From: a bacterium | GTDB lineage: Bacteria; JADJOY01 | Assembly: GCA_046331705.1 (NCBI GenBank) | Contig: JAXLQJ010000037.1 | Span: 1-64,000 of the forward strand | Direction of reading: 5' to 3' | DNA: 64,000 nucleotides | In this document: positions 50,581-59,829 of the stretch, one piece after another | How positions within the stretch are numbered: position 1 is the first letter of the stretch | Layout of the letters: every line of letters begins with the position of its first letter | Notes under the pieces: model-generated | Database searches by the model: none | Told to the model about the DNA's origin: nothing | What the model saw: only the letters and a program-made list of their open reading frames with translations | Translations under genes and position numbers: made by a program

Positions 50581-50786
50581 TGGTGCCGGAGCCGCCGGCG
50601 CCAGCCGAAGCGACCGAGCCGCTCTTCGAAGTCTCGCGACGCGCCCCGGCGCCGGACGCCGCGCTCCGGAAATGGCAACGGCGCCCGGGAGCCCGTGCTC
50701 CCAGACGCCGTGCGTCTCTCGATCGATCGTGTCGCGCGGCGACGGCGCGCTGCCTTGGGGCCGCGCCAGCGCGACGTCGGCTTGCT

Positions 50787-51032
50787 TCAGGGCATCGCGC
50801 CGAGCCCTTCGTCGGCCAGGGCCGGCTTCGGCTCCTCGCGCTCGACCAGCTTCAGATGGACCTTGCGTGCCGCGATCTCGCGCAGCGCCACCACGATCGG
50901 CTTCTCCTTGCGCGGTGCGACCCGGGGCTTCGAGCCGGTCAGCAGCTGCTTGGTGCGGGCAGCGGCCGTATGAACGAGATGGAACCGGTTCGGAACCTCT
51001 CGCAAGCAATCGTCGACGGTGATGCGGGCCAT
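50787..51032 (-). CDS. rpoZ: RNA polymerase omega subunit
   Basis: MARITVDDCL..VPNRFHLV..AA.R.KQL and K.IVVALREIA; GAGGAGG RBS. Confidence 0.95.
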   Translation of the reverse strand: MARITVDDCLREVPNRFHLVHTAAARTKQLLTGSKPRVAPRKEKPIVVALREIAARKVHLKLVEREEPKPALADEGLGAMP

Positions 51033-51162
51033 CGAACCTCCTCGCTCGGGACTTCCTGCGCCGAGCTTGTGCTGGGGCTCGAGTGCGCGTGCGGCACACT
51101 CGAGCCCGTGGTCTGCCTTCACGAAACCCACGCGCGCCGCTTCCTGGGCGCGCGTGGCCAGC

Positions 51163-52716
51163 TCAGCTTCCGGGCTTGACGGTCACGAACAGCGTCGAGC
51201 CCTTGCGCTCGATGAGCAACAGCGCTGGCTGGTCCTTCTCGAGCTCCTTGATGGCGGCCGCGAAGTCGTCGACGCCTTCGATCGCCTTGCGGTTCACCTC
51301 GCGGATGATGTCGCCGCGCTGAATGCCGGCCTCGCTCGCCGGGCCGCGGACTCGGGTGACGACCACGCCTTTGAGGTCGTCGGTGCCGAGCTGCTCCGCC
51401 AGCTTGCTGGTCAATCCCTGGACTTCCAAGCCGAGCACCTGACTTTCGCCGTCGTGACCTGCGGCGACGGCGTCGTCGGCCGGGTACGTGCCGACCTCGA
51501 CCGCGATCTTGAGCTTCTCGGGCTTACCCTTGCCTTCGCCCTTGCCGCGGTCCGTGCGCAGGACCTCGAGATGGACCTGGGTACCGGGCTCGACCGACGC
51601 CACCGTGCGGCTCAGCTCACGCGTCGAGGCGATCTTCTTGCCGTCGAGCTCGACGACGACGTCGCCGCGCTTGAGCCCGGCCTTGGCTGCCGGACCTTCA
51701 CCGATCACCTCCGCGATGAGGGCGCCACCCGCGCTCTCGAGGCCCAGCGACTTCGCCAGGTCGTCGCTCAGGTCCTGGATCTTCACGCCGAGCCAGCCGC
51801 GCGTGACCTTACCGGACGACTTGAGGTCCGCGACGATCTGCTTGGCCATGTTGATCGGCACCGCGAATCCGATGCCGCTGCCGGTCGCGGTGATCGCCGT
51901 GTTGATGCCGATCACGCGGCCCTCGATGTCGAAGAGCGGCCCGCCCGAGTTCCCCGGGTTGATCGACGCATCGGTCTGGATGAAGTCGTCGTAGGGACCG
52001 GTGCCGATGGCGCGTTCCTTCGCGGACACGATGCCCGCCGTCATGGTGTGCTCGAGCCCGAACGGGTTGCCGATGGCGATCACCCAATCGCCGATCCGCA
52101 CCGCATCCGAATCGCCGAGCTCGACGTGCGGCAGGTCGCCCTTCGCCGAGTCCACGCGAATCAGCGCCACGTCGGTCTTCTCGTCCGTGCCGATGATCTT
52201 GGCCTTCTCCTCGTGACCGTCCGAGAACTTGGCCACCACCTCGTCCGCGCCTTTCACGACGTGGCTGTTGGTGATGATGTAACCGTCCTTGTCGATGACG
52301 AAGCCCGAGCCGAGGCTGCGCTGCTTCACGTCCTCGTTGTCCGGCGCGCCGAAGAACTTCCAGAACTCGTCGTTGTCGCCGAAGAACTCGCGCAGCTCGG
52401 GACGGGCGCGCCCCATCGGCGGATGGTGGATCACCTTGGTGGTGCTCAGGTTCACGACCGCGCGCTTCTGGTGCTCGTAGAGGTCGGCGAAGCTCGGCGG
52501 AAACACGCCCGGAGCGCGCGCCGGCGCGGGGCTCGCAGTCGTGGCCTCGGGCGCCTCGGCCTTGGGCTCCGAGTCCTTGCCGAAGAAGGCCTTCGAGACC
52601 TCCGCGGCACCCACGCCGCCGAGCACCAGTCCGATGCAGAGCCAGAGCAGCGCACGCGCCCAGCCCCAGGGTTGAGCCACGCGACCACTCACGGTGTCCC
52701 TTTCGTTGCCGTTCAC
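51163..52716 (-). CDS. Do/DegQ family serine endopeptidase with two PDZ domains
   Basis: SLGSGFVI, TNSHVV, TDVAL, IGNPFGL and QTDASINPGNSGGPL. Confidence 0.93.
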   Translation of the reverse strand: MNGNERDTVSGRVAQPWGWARALLWLCIGLVLGGVGAAEVSKAFFGKDSEPKAEAPEATTASPAPARAPGVFPPSFADLYEHQKRAVVNLSTTKVIHHPPMGRARPELREFFGDNDEFWKFFGAPDNEDVKQRSLGSGFVIDKDGYIITNSHVVKGADEVVAKFSDGHEEKAKIIGTDEKTDVALIRVDSAKGDLPHVELGDSDAVRIGDWVIAIGNPFGLEHTMTAGIVSAKERAIGTGPYDDFIQTDASINPGNSGGPLFDIEGRVIGINTAITATGSGIGFAVPINMAKQIVADLKSSGKVTRGWLGVKIQDLSDDLAKSLGLESAGGALIAEVIGEGPAAKAGLKRGDVVVELDGKKIASTRELSRTVASVEPGTQVHLEVLRTDRGKGEGKGKPEKLKIAVEVGTYPADDAVAAGHDGESQVLGLEVQGLTSKLAEQLGTDDLKGVVVTRVRGPASEAGIQRGDIIREVNRKAIEGVDDFAAAIKELEKDQPALLLIERKGSTLFVTVKPGS

Positions 52717-52855
52717 TCGTTCTTCTCCTCGGCGTCTTGGGCACCTGCTTCACGGCAGGTCGCCGACGCCCGGCGCTCACCCGCGCCGTCTCTCGTTGAC
52801 CGCGGTATCGGCCGCGCGGCGCGAAGCCCGCGGCGACGGATCGTTGGATCGTGTG

Positions 52856-53982
52856 TCAGTTGCCGAGCTCGCGGATGCGATCCACCAGCCCACGCTTTCC
52901 GCTGCCGACGGCCAGCCCCTCTTCCTCGGCCAGCTCCTTGAGCAGGCTCTTCGCCCTGCTCGAGAGCTTCGTCGGCACCGGTATGCGGACCTGAACAACC
53001 AGATCGCCTCGACCGCGGCCCCGAAGTCGCGGCAGGCCGTGACCGTCGAGGCGAAACACCGCTCCCGGCTGGGTGCCGGGAGGGATGCGAAGCGGGACCG
53101 GATCGTCGAGCGTTGGCACCTGGACCTCACCTCCCAACGCACATTGGACGTACGGAACGTCCAATTCGATCAAAAGATGTTCGGCTTCCCGCGAAAATAC
53201 CTCGTCCTCTCGGACCCCGATCCCGACGTACAGATCTCCCGGCGGGCCGCCTCGGGTGCCGGCGCCGCCCTTCCCCGCCAGCCGCAGCTGCATCCCGCTC
53301 TCGATACCCGCCGGAATCTCGACCTTGAGCGCCTCGTGATGACGCACCCGACCCGCACCGCGGCACTCGTCGCAGGGCTTGGTGACTCGCCGACCGCGCC
53401 CCTGGCAATTCGGGCAGGTCGTGGTCATGAGAAACGGCCCGCGCGAGATGCTCGCCTGCCCGGACCCGCGGCAGGTGGGACAGATCTCCGGGCTGCTTCC
53501 CGGCGCGCATCCGGAGGCGCCGCAGGCGCCGCAATCCACGACGCGCTCGACGGGGATCTCCTTCGAGCAACCGCGCGCCGCCTCGCGGAAGTCGATCGCG
53601 ACCTGGGTGCTCAGATCCTCGCCGCGCCGCGGTCGATTCGGGTCGCGCCGCCGGCCGCCGCCGAAGAGGTCGCCCAGGACGTCCCCGAATCCGAACACGT
53701 CGCCGAAATGCGCGAAGATGTCGTCGAAGCCACGGAAGCCCTGGAATCCCGAGCCCCGCAGGCCGTCGTGGCCATAGGAGTCGTAAAGCCGGCGCTTCTC
53801 GGCATCGTGAAGAACCTCGTAGGCCTCCGCGGCCTCCTTGAAGCGCTCCTCGGCCTCCGGATCGTCGGGGCGGCGATCCGGGTGATTGTCGAGGGCGATC
53901 TTGCGATAGGCCTTCTTGATGGTGGAGTCGTCGGCGTCGCGGGCGACGCCGAGCACTCGTAATAGTCACGCTTCGAAGCCAC
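52856..53982 (-). CDS. dnaJ: Molecular chaperone DnaJ (apparent 1-nt frameshift at about 53956)
   Basis: MASKRDYYE in one frame and VLGV...HPD, four CxxCxGxG-type repeats and GGPPGDLYV in another. Confidence 0.9.
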
Positions 53983-54165
53983 GGCGCGTCACCCTTTTCG
54001 ATTGGTCGAGACCGCGAGGGGCACGAGCGGTGCCGGCCCGCTGCGCGAGACGCAACCGAGCCTGCCGCCGGTGCCGCCGCTCGGGCCCACCGCCGTGCTC
54101 GACGCGCTCACGCGTCCTCGCGCGCGACGAAAATCGCTGATTTCTCGGGATTTTCTCGTGAGCGT

Positions 54166-54194
54166 GAGATAATGACGCGCGTCCCGCTTGTCAA
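54166..54194 (-). promoter_or_regulatory. Putative sigma70 promoter of dnaJ
   Basis: TTGACA-N17-TATCTC; inverted repeat GAAAATC-N13-GATTTTC at 54129-54155 just downstream. Confidence 0.45.
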
Positions 54195-54305
54195 CCCGCT
54201 GGCACGCGCGTGGGTCGCAAACGCCGAACCCTTGACGGTGCTCGCCGCCCGCCCTAGCTTCGGCCGGCCCCCGGACACCCACTCGACGCTCGCGAGGCCG
54301 CCGCC

Positions 54306-54899
54306 ATGGAGATCCGTTCGACCGACGTCGTTCCGTACCCCGTCGACGAGGTGCTGCACACCTTTCGCGACCGGATGCCGGAGATCACGGAGTACATCCG
54401 CAACGTCGATCGCATCGTCGTCGAGAAGCGTGAGGACCTCGGCAAAGGCAAGGTCCACCTGATCAACCACTGGTACGCGGTCGGCGAGATCCCGGCGGTG
54501 GCGCGGGCCTTCGTCAAGCCGGACATGCTGTCGTGGCGCGACGACGCCACCTGGGACGAGGCCGAGCGCACCGCCACCTGGAAGCTCGAGACGTTCTTCT
54601 TCCGGGAGAGCGTGCGGTGCTACGGCACGACGCGCTTCGTGCCGAAGGGCGACGCCGCCACCGAGGTGCGGATCGAGGCGAACCTCGAGATCCGCCTCGG
54701 CGATCTGCCGATGGTGCCGACGCTGCTGCGCAAGAAGGTGAGCGCGGAGATCGAGCGCTTCATCGCCTCGCTCATCGGCCCCAACCTCAAGAACGCCACG
54801 ATCGGCGTCCAGAAGTTCCTGGACGCCAACCCCCCGTCGCACGCGTCCAAGACGAAGCCCGCCGCCAAGCCGGCGGCCAAGAAGCGCAGCAAGAGCTGA
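54306..54899 (+). CDS. START/SRPBCC-like (DUF2505-like) protein with basic C-terminal tail
   Basis: Host-like codon usage; IPAVARAFVKPDMLSWRDDATW; K/A-rich tail. Confidence 0.65.
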   Translation: MEIRSTDVVPYPVDEVLHTFRDRMPEITEYIRNVDRIVVEKREDLGKGKVHLINHWYAVGEIPAVARAFVKPDMLSWRDDATWDEAERTATWKLETFFFRESVRCYGTTRFVPKGDAATEVRIEANLEIRLGDLPMVPTLLRKKVSAEIERFIASLIGPNLKNATIGVQKFLDANPPSHASKTKPAAKPAAKKRSKS

Positions 54900-54949
54900 G
54901 CGCCGCGGGGGCGGCGCGCGCCGCGCGAGAGCCAGGAACGCCGCGCGCG

Positions 54950-57439
54950 TCAGGACGCCGCTTGGCTGAGCCGCGCGGCGTCGGCGACGAGCTCGATCTC
55001 ACCCGTCAGGCCGTTCAGCGAGATCACGCTGCCCTCGGCGAGGCTCTGCGGCGGCGCGCCCGCGCCGATCACCGTGGGAACGTCGAGCTCGCGCGCGCCA
55101 ACGACTCCCAGCGCCAGCGGGGCGCCTGCGTCCACCACCAGGCCCGCCAAGATCGGGAGGTAAGGCAGCCACACGCGTCCAGGACAGGGCGTCCACGCGA
55201 TGTCCCCGGGCGCGAGCCGCTTGAGGTCGGTGGGCGTGGCGACTCGCCGCAGCGTCCCCTGCACCTTGCCGGGTGACGCACCCTTCCCGCGCCGCGGCAA
55301 CGGCTGCGCCGAGGCCGCCGGCGTGGCGCCGCCCGCGCCATGCACCCCGCGCCGCCTGAGGCCCTCGCGCTCGTCACTCTTCGCCAGCGCCGCGACCTCG
55401 TCGAAACCGAGCGAGTGGATCTCGTTCACCGCCGCGAGCTTGCCGTCGGCGGTGAGCCGGCTCGCGAGCGCGGCCACGTACACGCGCGCGCGGTCCGTCA
55501 CCCGCGAGAGATGGTCTTGCAGCTCGATCAGCTGCCGAATCGATTCCACGTAGCGATCGAACAGGTGCCTGAGCGTCGGACGCCGCCACGCCGCCACACC
55601 CTCGAGCGCTTGCCGACGGGCCACCTCGCCGCGCTCGACCGCGCGCGCCAGGCGGGCCGAGGGGAGCTGGGCCAGGTCGAGCTCGAGGTAGCGACCCATG
55701 AGCGCGATGAGCGGCGTCGGGTCCTCGCGCCACGAGGGCGTGGACACGTCGAGATCCACCGCAGACCAGTGGCCGTAGTCGCGCAGCACTTCCTTGACCG
55801 CCGAGCGCATGCGGCGCGCGGTCCCCGACCACTCGCGCTCGAGTCGCGGCAGGACCTCGATCGCCTCGCCGCGCAGGATGGTGGCGAGCTTGGGGGCCTC
55901 GCCGGCGAGGTGCGCGATCTCGACCAGCCGGGAGAGGAATCGCCCCACGGTGTGATCGCGCACACCCAGCCAAGCGTCGGCGCGCTCGGCGTCGCTGAGC
56001 GTCGGGATCCCGTCGAGCCGGCTCTGCAGCAAGCCGATGACGGCCGACGTCTGGAACACCGCGTCGACGCGCCGGGCGAGCACCGTGGCCAAGCGCTGCT
56101 GGAACTCGCCCAGGCTCGCGACGGCATCGGGCGCCGAGATGCCCTCGAGGTTCACCATGCTCTGCCACCAGAAGAACGACTCGATGCGGATCGCGAGCTC
56201 GGAGATCTCGTCGCGCCGATTGGCGAGCGCGCGGCTCACGCCCCAGCGCTCGAGGGTGGTCGCCGAACGTCCGACGCCGCGGATCCGTGCATCGAGCCCG
56301 CGATCGAACGGGCTCGCCAGCTCGCGCGCCATCGCCTCGAGGGGTCCCGCCGACCACCGCGGCGCTCCCCGGCCGAGCACCACCGCGGCGCGCTCGACCG
56401 GCACCTGACGCCAGCGACTCACGTCGTCGATCGCCCCCACCGCCACCGGCTCGACGAAGCTCGCCGCGAAGCGCGCCAGCGGAATCGGCACCAGCTCGTC
56501 GAGGAAGGCCGTGGTCATGCCGGTCTCGCCGCCGCTCGCGTCGCGCTCCTCGCCGACCGTCTCCCGGGGCTGGGTGGTCACCGGGCGACTCTGCAGCACG
56601 AAGAACTGGCCGCGGGCGCGCGCCCACTCGATGTCCTGCGGCGCGCCCATGAGCCGCTCGGCCGTGAGCGCGAGCCTGCAGAGCTCGCGGATCTCCTCGC
56701 GATTGAGGCTCGGCGTGTGGGCCTTCTGGTGGCTGATGCGGATGCTCTCGGTGCCCTGCCCGTCCTTCGTGGGCCGCATCTGGCGATCCTTGAAGGCGAG
56801 CCGGACGTCGAGCAGCTCGCCGCCGTCGCGTGCCACCACGAAGTGGTCCGGCACCACCGCACCCGACACCACCGCCGCGCCCAACCCGAACGTGGCATCG
56901 ATGACGATGCGATCGGACTCGCCGGTGAGCGGATCGAGGGTGAACGCGACGCCCGCGACGTCGGCGTTGACGAGGTCTTGCACCAGCACCGAGAGCCGCG
57001 CACCGCCCTCCTCGATGCCGCGCGCGCGCTGGTAGCGCGCCACGCCCTCGTCGTTCGACGAGCGCAGGCATTCGGCGACGGCGCGCACCACCTCGTCGCC
57101 GCCGCTCACGTTGAGCAGCGTGCGATAGATGCCGGCGAAGGACGCGACCTCGCGGTCCTCCATCACGCCCGACGAGCGGACCGCCACGGCGGCGCGGCCG
57201 GTGCGCTTGGCGAGCTCGGCGTAGGCCGCGCGGATCTCGGCGATCAGCTCGTCGCGCAGCGCGAGCGCGCCAGCAACGCCTGGCGCGAAGGCATCCGCCG
57301 GGATCACGAAGCCGGCGGGCACGGTGAGCCCACCGCTCGCGAGCTCGCCCAAGCACGCCGCCTTCGCGCCCACGGTTTCGAGATCGGCACGCGTCACTCG
57401 TTCGAGCCAGCGGACGTGACGGAAATCGGCGTCGCTCAC
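54950..57439 (-). CDS. PEP synthase/rifampin phosphotransferase-like protein (ATP-grasp, central domain, swivel domain lacking His)
   Basis: VGAKAACLGEL, VAVRSS..EDREVASFAG, GVAFT, PQDIEW, LQSRPVT; C-terminal GASPG...ARELDVPTVIG. Confidence 0.82.
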   Translation of the reverse strand: MSDADFRHVRWLERVTRADLETVGAKAACLGELASGGLTVPAGFVIPADAFAPGVAGALALRDELIAEIRAAYAELAKRTGRAAVAVRSSGVMEDREVASFAGIYRTLLNVSGGDEVVRAVAECLRSSNDEGVARYQRARGIEEGGARLSVLVQDLVNADVAGVAFTLDPLTGESDRIVIDATFGLGAAVVSGAVVPDHFVVARDGGELLDVRLAFKDRQMRPTKDGQGTESIRISHQKAHTPSLNREEIRELCRLALTAERLMGAPQDIEWARARGQFFVLQSRPVTTQPRETVGEERDASGGETGMTTAFLDELVPIPLARFAASFVEPVAVGAIDDVSRWRQVPVERAAVVLGRGAPRWSAGPLEAMARELASPFDRGLDARIRGVGRSATTLERWGVSRALANRRDEISELAIRIESFFWWQSMVNLEGISAPDAVASLGEFQQRLATVLARRVDAVFQTSAVIGLLQSRLDGIPTLSDAERADAWLGVRDHTVGRFLSRLVEIAHLAGEAPKLATILRGEAIEVLPRLEREWSGTARRMRSAVKEVLRDYGHWSAVDLDVSTPSWREDPTPLIALMGRYLELDLAQLPSARLARAVERGEVARRQALEGVAAWRRPTLRHLFDRYVESIRQLIELQDHLSRVTDRARVYVAALASRLTADGKLAAVNEIHSLGFDEVAALAKSDEREGLRRRGVHGAGGATPAASAQPLPRRGKGASPGKVQGTLRRVATPTDLKRLAPGDIAWTPCPGRVWLPYLPILAGLVVDAGAPLALGVVGARELDVPTVIGAGAPPQSLAEGSVISLNGLTGEIELVADAARLSQAAS

Positions 57440-57565
57440 GGATCGCGCTCCGGGGTGCGAAAAAACTCGCAAGTTACCGATCGCCTCTCCACGCTGCAAG
57501 CCGGCTCGCGGGTGACTTGGGTAGAATCCGCGCGGGTCTCGTCGCACGCATCATTCGAGGTCACC

Positions 57566-59803
57566 GTGTCGAAGCCTTGGCGCTGGATGGGTCTTGCGGT
57601 CGTGCTGGCGTGGATCGCCATGCCCGGCTGCGGCGGCAATGGGGGCGATTCGGGCGCCGCGGGTGGCGCCGTGGCGCGGTTCTCGGTGCGCCCGGACGGC
57701 GAAGAGCTGCGCTTCGACGACGTGCCTTTCCCCAACGATGCCTTCCTGGTGCCCGACGAGGATGGGTTCGACCACCTCACCGTGGCGGGGCTCGACGCCG
57801 TCGTGCCTCAGCTCTCCGACGTGCTGCGCCAAGGCCTCGCCCAGCTCGACGGCTTCGGCCTGTCGACGGCGATCTACTTTCGCTTCGACGGCGACCTCGA
57901 CCTCGCTTCCCTTCCCGCGTCTCCCGAGGCCAGCGTCGCCGACGACGCGAGCGTCTTCCTGATGGAGGCGGGCGACGATGCCGGCCCACATCCGAAGCAT
58001 CCCATCGAGCTGCACTGGGACGCCGACGCGAGGACCCTGGCGTTGCTGCCGCTCGCCGGCTATCCGCTGCGTGCCGACACTCGCTACGCCGCGGTCGTCA
58101 CGCGCGCGGTGCTCGGCGTCGACGCGGCGACGGGGGTGAGCGGCCCGGTGCGGCCATCGCCCGATTTTCTCACGGCGATCGACAGCCGCCGCGACCCCAA
58201 GAACGCCACCTTGGATCGCATCCAGTCGCGTTACGAGGACGCGGTCGCGACGGTGCTCGACGCCCGCGGCCTCACTCGCGACGACCTCGCGTGCCTCACG
58301 GTCTTCACCACCCAACGTACCGCGCGGGATCTGGTGGCGATCCGCGCGCAACTCGAGCGGCAGCCCGCACCCCGGCTCGACGTGACCGATCCCACCTACA
58401 CGTTCCTCTACGCCACGGCAGCGTCCCTCGACGCGCTGCTCGGGCGCGCCGCGAGCGAGCTCCCGGGTCTCGACAATCCAGGTGGCGTGGCACACGGCGC
58501 GATCGGCGCGGTGCTGAACGCGTCGTTCCTCAGCGACTGGTACAAATCCCCGGCGCTCGGCGTCCCGGAGCGTGTGCTGCGCGCGCGCTTCGACGACGAT
58601 CGCTTCGTCGAGGTCGACGGCGAGCCGGTGCGCCAGCGGCAGGACCGCGTGCCCGTGACGCTGGTTTTTCCGCGCACACCCGCACCCGCTACGGGCTACC
58701 CCGTGGTGATCTTCCAGCACGGCCTCGGTGGGTCGCGCACCTCGATCTTCGGCATCGCCAACACGCTGGCGGCCGCCGGCTACGCGACCGTGGGCATCGA
58801 CGCCGTCGCCCATGGCATGCGCTATCAGACGACGGATCTCGTGCACAACCTCACGGATGCGCCAGGTCCCGACGGATTCGCCGAGGTCGACGGCACCCAG
58901 GTGCCCGTCGGCTTCTTCGAGGCGTTCCTGGATCTGCTCGCGATCCGCGACAACTTCCGCCAGAGCGCCGTCGACTTGATGGAGCTGGCGCGCTTGATCG
59001 CCGATCCCGGCCTCGATCTCTCCGCCGTTCCCGGCGCACCGCGGCTCGACGCGAGCCATCTGGTGGTGATCGGGGACAGTCTGGGCGCGATCATGAGCAC
59101 CACGTTCGCCGCCGTCGAGCCCGCCGTCGAAGCGGCGGTGCTCAACGTGGCGGGCGGTGGCCTCGCCAACTACCTGCTGGTCAACTCGCCCGTCGAGGGC
59201 GGCGAGAACATCCCGCTCATCGCCACGCTCTTCGGCATCGACCTCGCCAAGCAGTATCCCGATCGCTGGATGCCCTTCGTCAACGTGGCGCAGACCATCG
59301 TGGAAGCCGGAGACTCGCTGGCGTTCGGGCCGCATCTCGTGACCGAGCCGCTCACGGTGAGCGGACTCGAGCGCAACCGCCCGCGGCACGTGATGCAGAT
59401 CGAGGTGATGGGCGACGAGGTCGTGCCGAACCCATCCAACGAAGCGCTGGCGCGTGCCATCGGCCTCGACCTGCTGACGCCCGCCGCGCGCAACGTGGAC
59501 GGGCTCGCGACGGCGGCGAGCGTCGTGAGGGGCAATCGCACCATCGACGGACGCACGGCGACCGCGGCGCTGGTTCAGCTCAACCCCGCCACCCACGGGT
59601 CCAATCTCGAGAACCAGCGCGGCGAGCTGCGCTATCGACCCGGCTTCCCGTTTCCCGGGTCCGATCCCTTCCCGCAGCTCGCGGCGCCGATTCCGGTCGA
59701 CGAGCCATCGCGCGAGCTCCAGGAGAGCATCGTCCGCTTCATCGACTCCACCCGCGCGGGCGTCGCCGAGATCGCGAGCCCGGTCGCACCCGAGCCGTAC
59801 TGA
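57566..59803 (+). CDS. Lipoprotein alpha/beta hydrolase (Pla-1/Cef lipase-like)
   Basis: Lipobox AMPGC; PFPND, LDGFG, VIFQHGLGG, GDSLG (GxSxG) and DEVVPN. Confidence 0.8.
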   Translation: MSKPWRWMGLAVVLAWIAMPGCGGNGGDSGAAGGAVARFSVRPDGEELRFDDVPFPNDAFLVPDEDGFDHLTVAGLDAVVPQLSDVLRQGLAQLDGFGLSTAIYFRFDGDLDLASLPASPEASVADDASVFLMEAGDDAGPHPKHPIELHWDADARTLALLPLAGYPLRADTRYAAVVTRAVLGVDAATGVSGPVRPSPDFLTAIDSRRDPKNATLDRIQSRYEDAVATVLDARGLTRDDLACLTVFTTQRTARDLVAIRAQLERQPAPRLDVTDPTYTFLYATAASLDALLGRAASELPGLDNPGGVAHGAIGAVLNASFLSDWYKSPALGVPERVLRARFDDDRFVEVDGEPVRQRQDRVPVTLVFPRTPAPATGYPVVIFQHGLGGSRTSIFGIANTLAAAGYATVGIDAVAHGMRYQTTDLVHNLTDAPGPDGFAEVDGTQVPVGFFEAFLDLLAIRDNFRQSAVDLMELARLIADPGLDLSAVPGAPRLDASHLVVIGDSLGAIMSTTFAAVEPAVEAAVLNVAGGGLANYLLVNSPVEGGENIPLIATLFGIDLAKQYPDRWMPFVNVAQTIVEAGDSLAFGPHLVTEPLTVSGLERNRPRHVMQIEVMGDEVVPNPSNEALARAIGLDLLTPAARNVDGLATAASVVRGNRTIDGRTATAALVQLNPATHGSNLENQRGELRYRPGFPFPGSDPFPQLAAPIPVDEPSRELQESIVRFIDSTRAGVAEIASPVAPEPY

Positions 59804-59829
59804 TCGCCGCCCTTCGACTCGACTCCTCG

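Noticed and set aside
55340..57565. Apparent 1487-aa fusion ORF
   Set aside because: The upstream part is antisense to the PEP-synthase-like gene; the real gene starts at the lipoprotein signal
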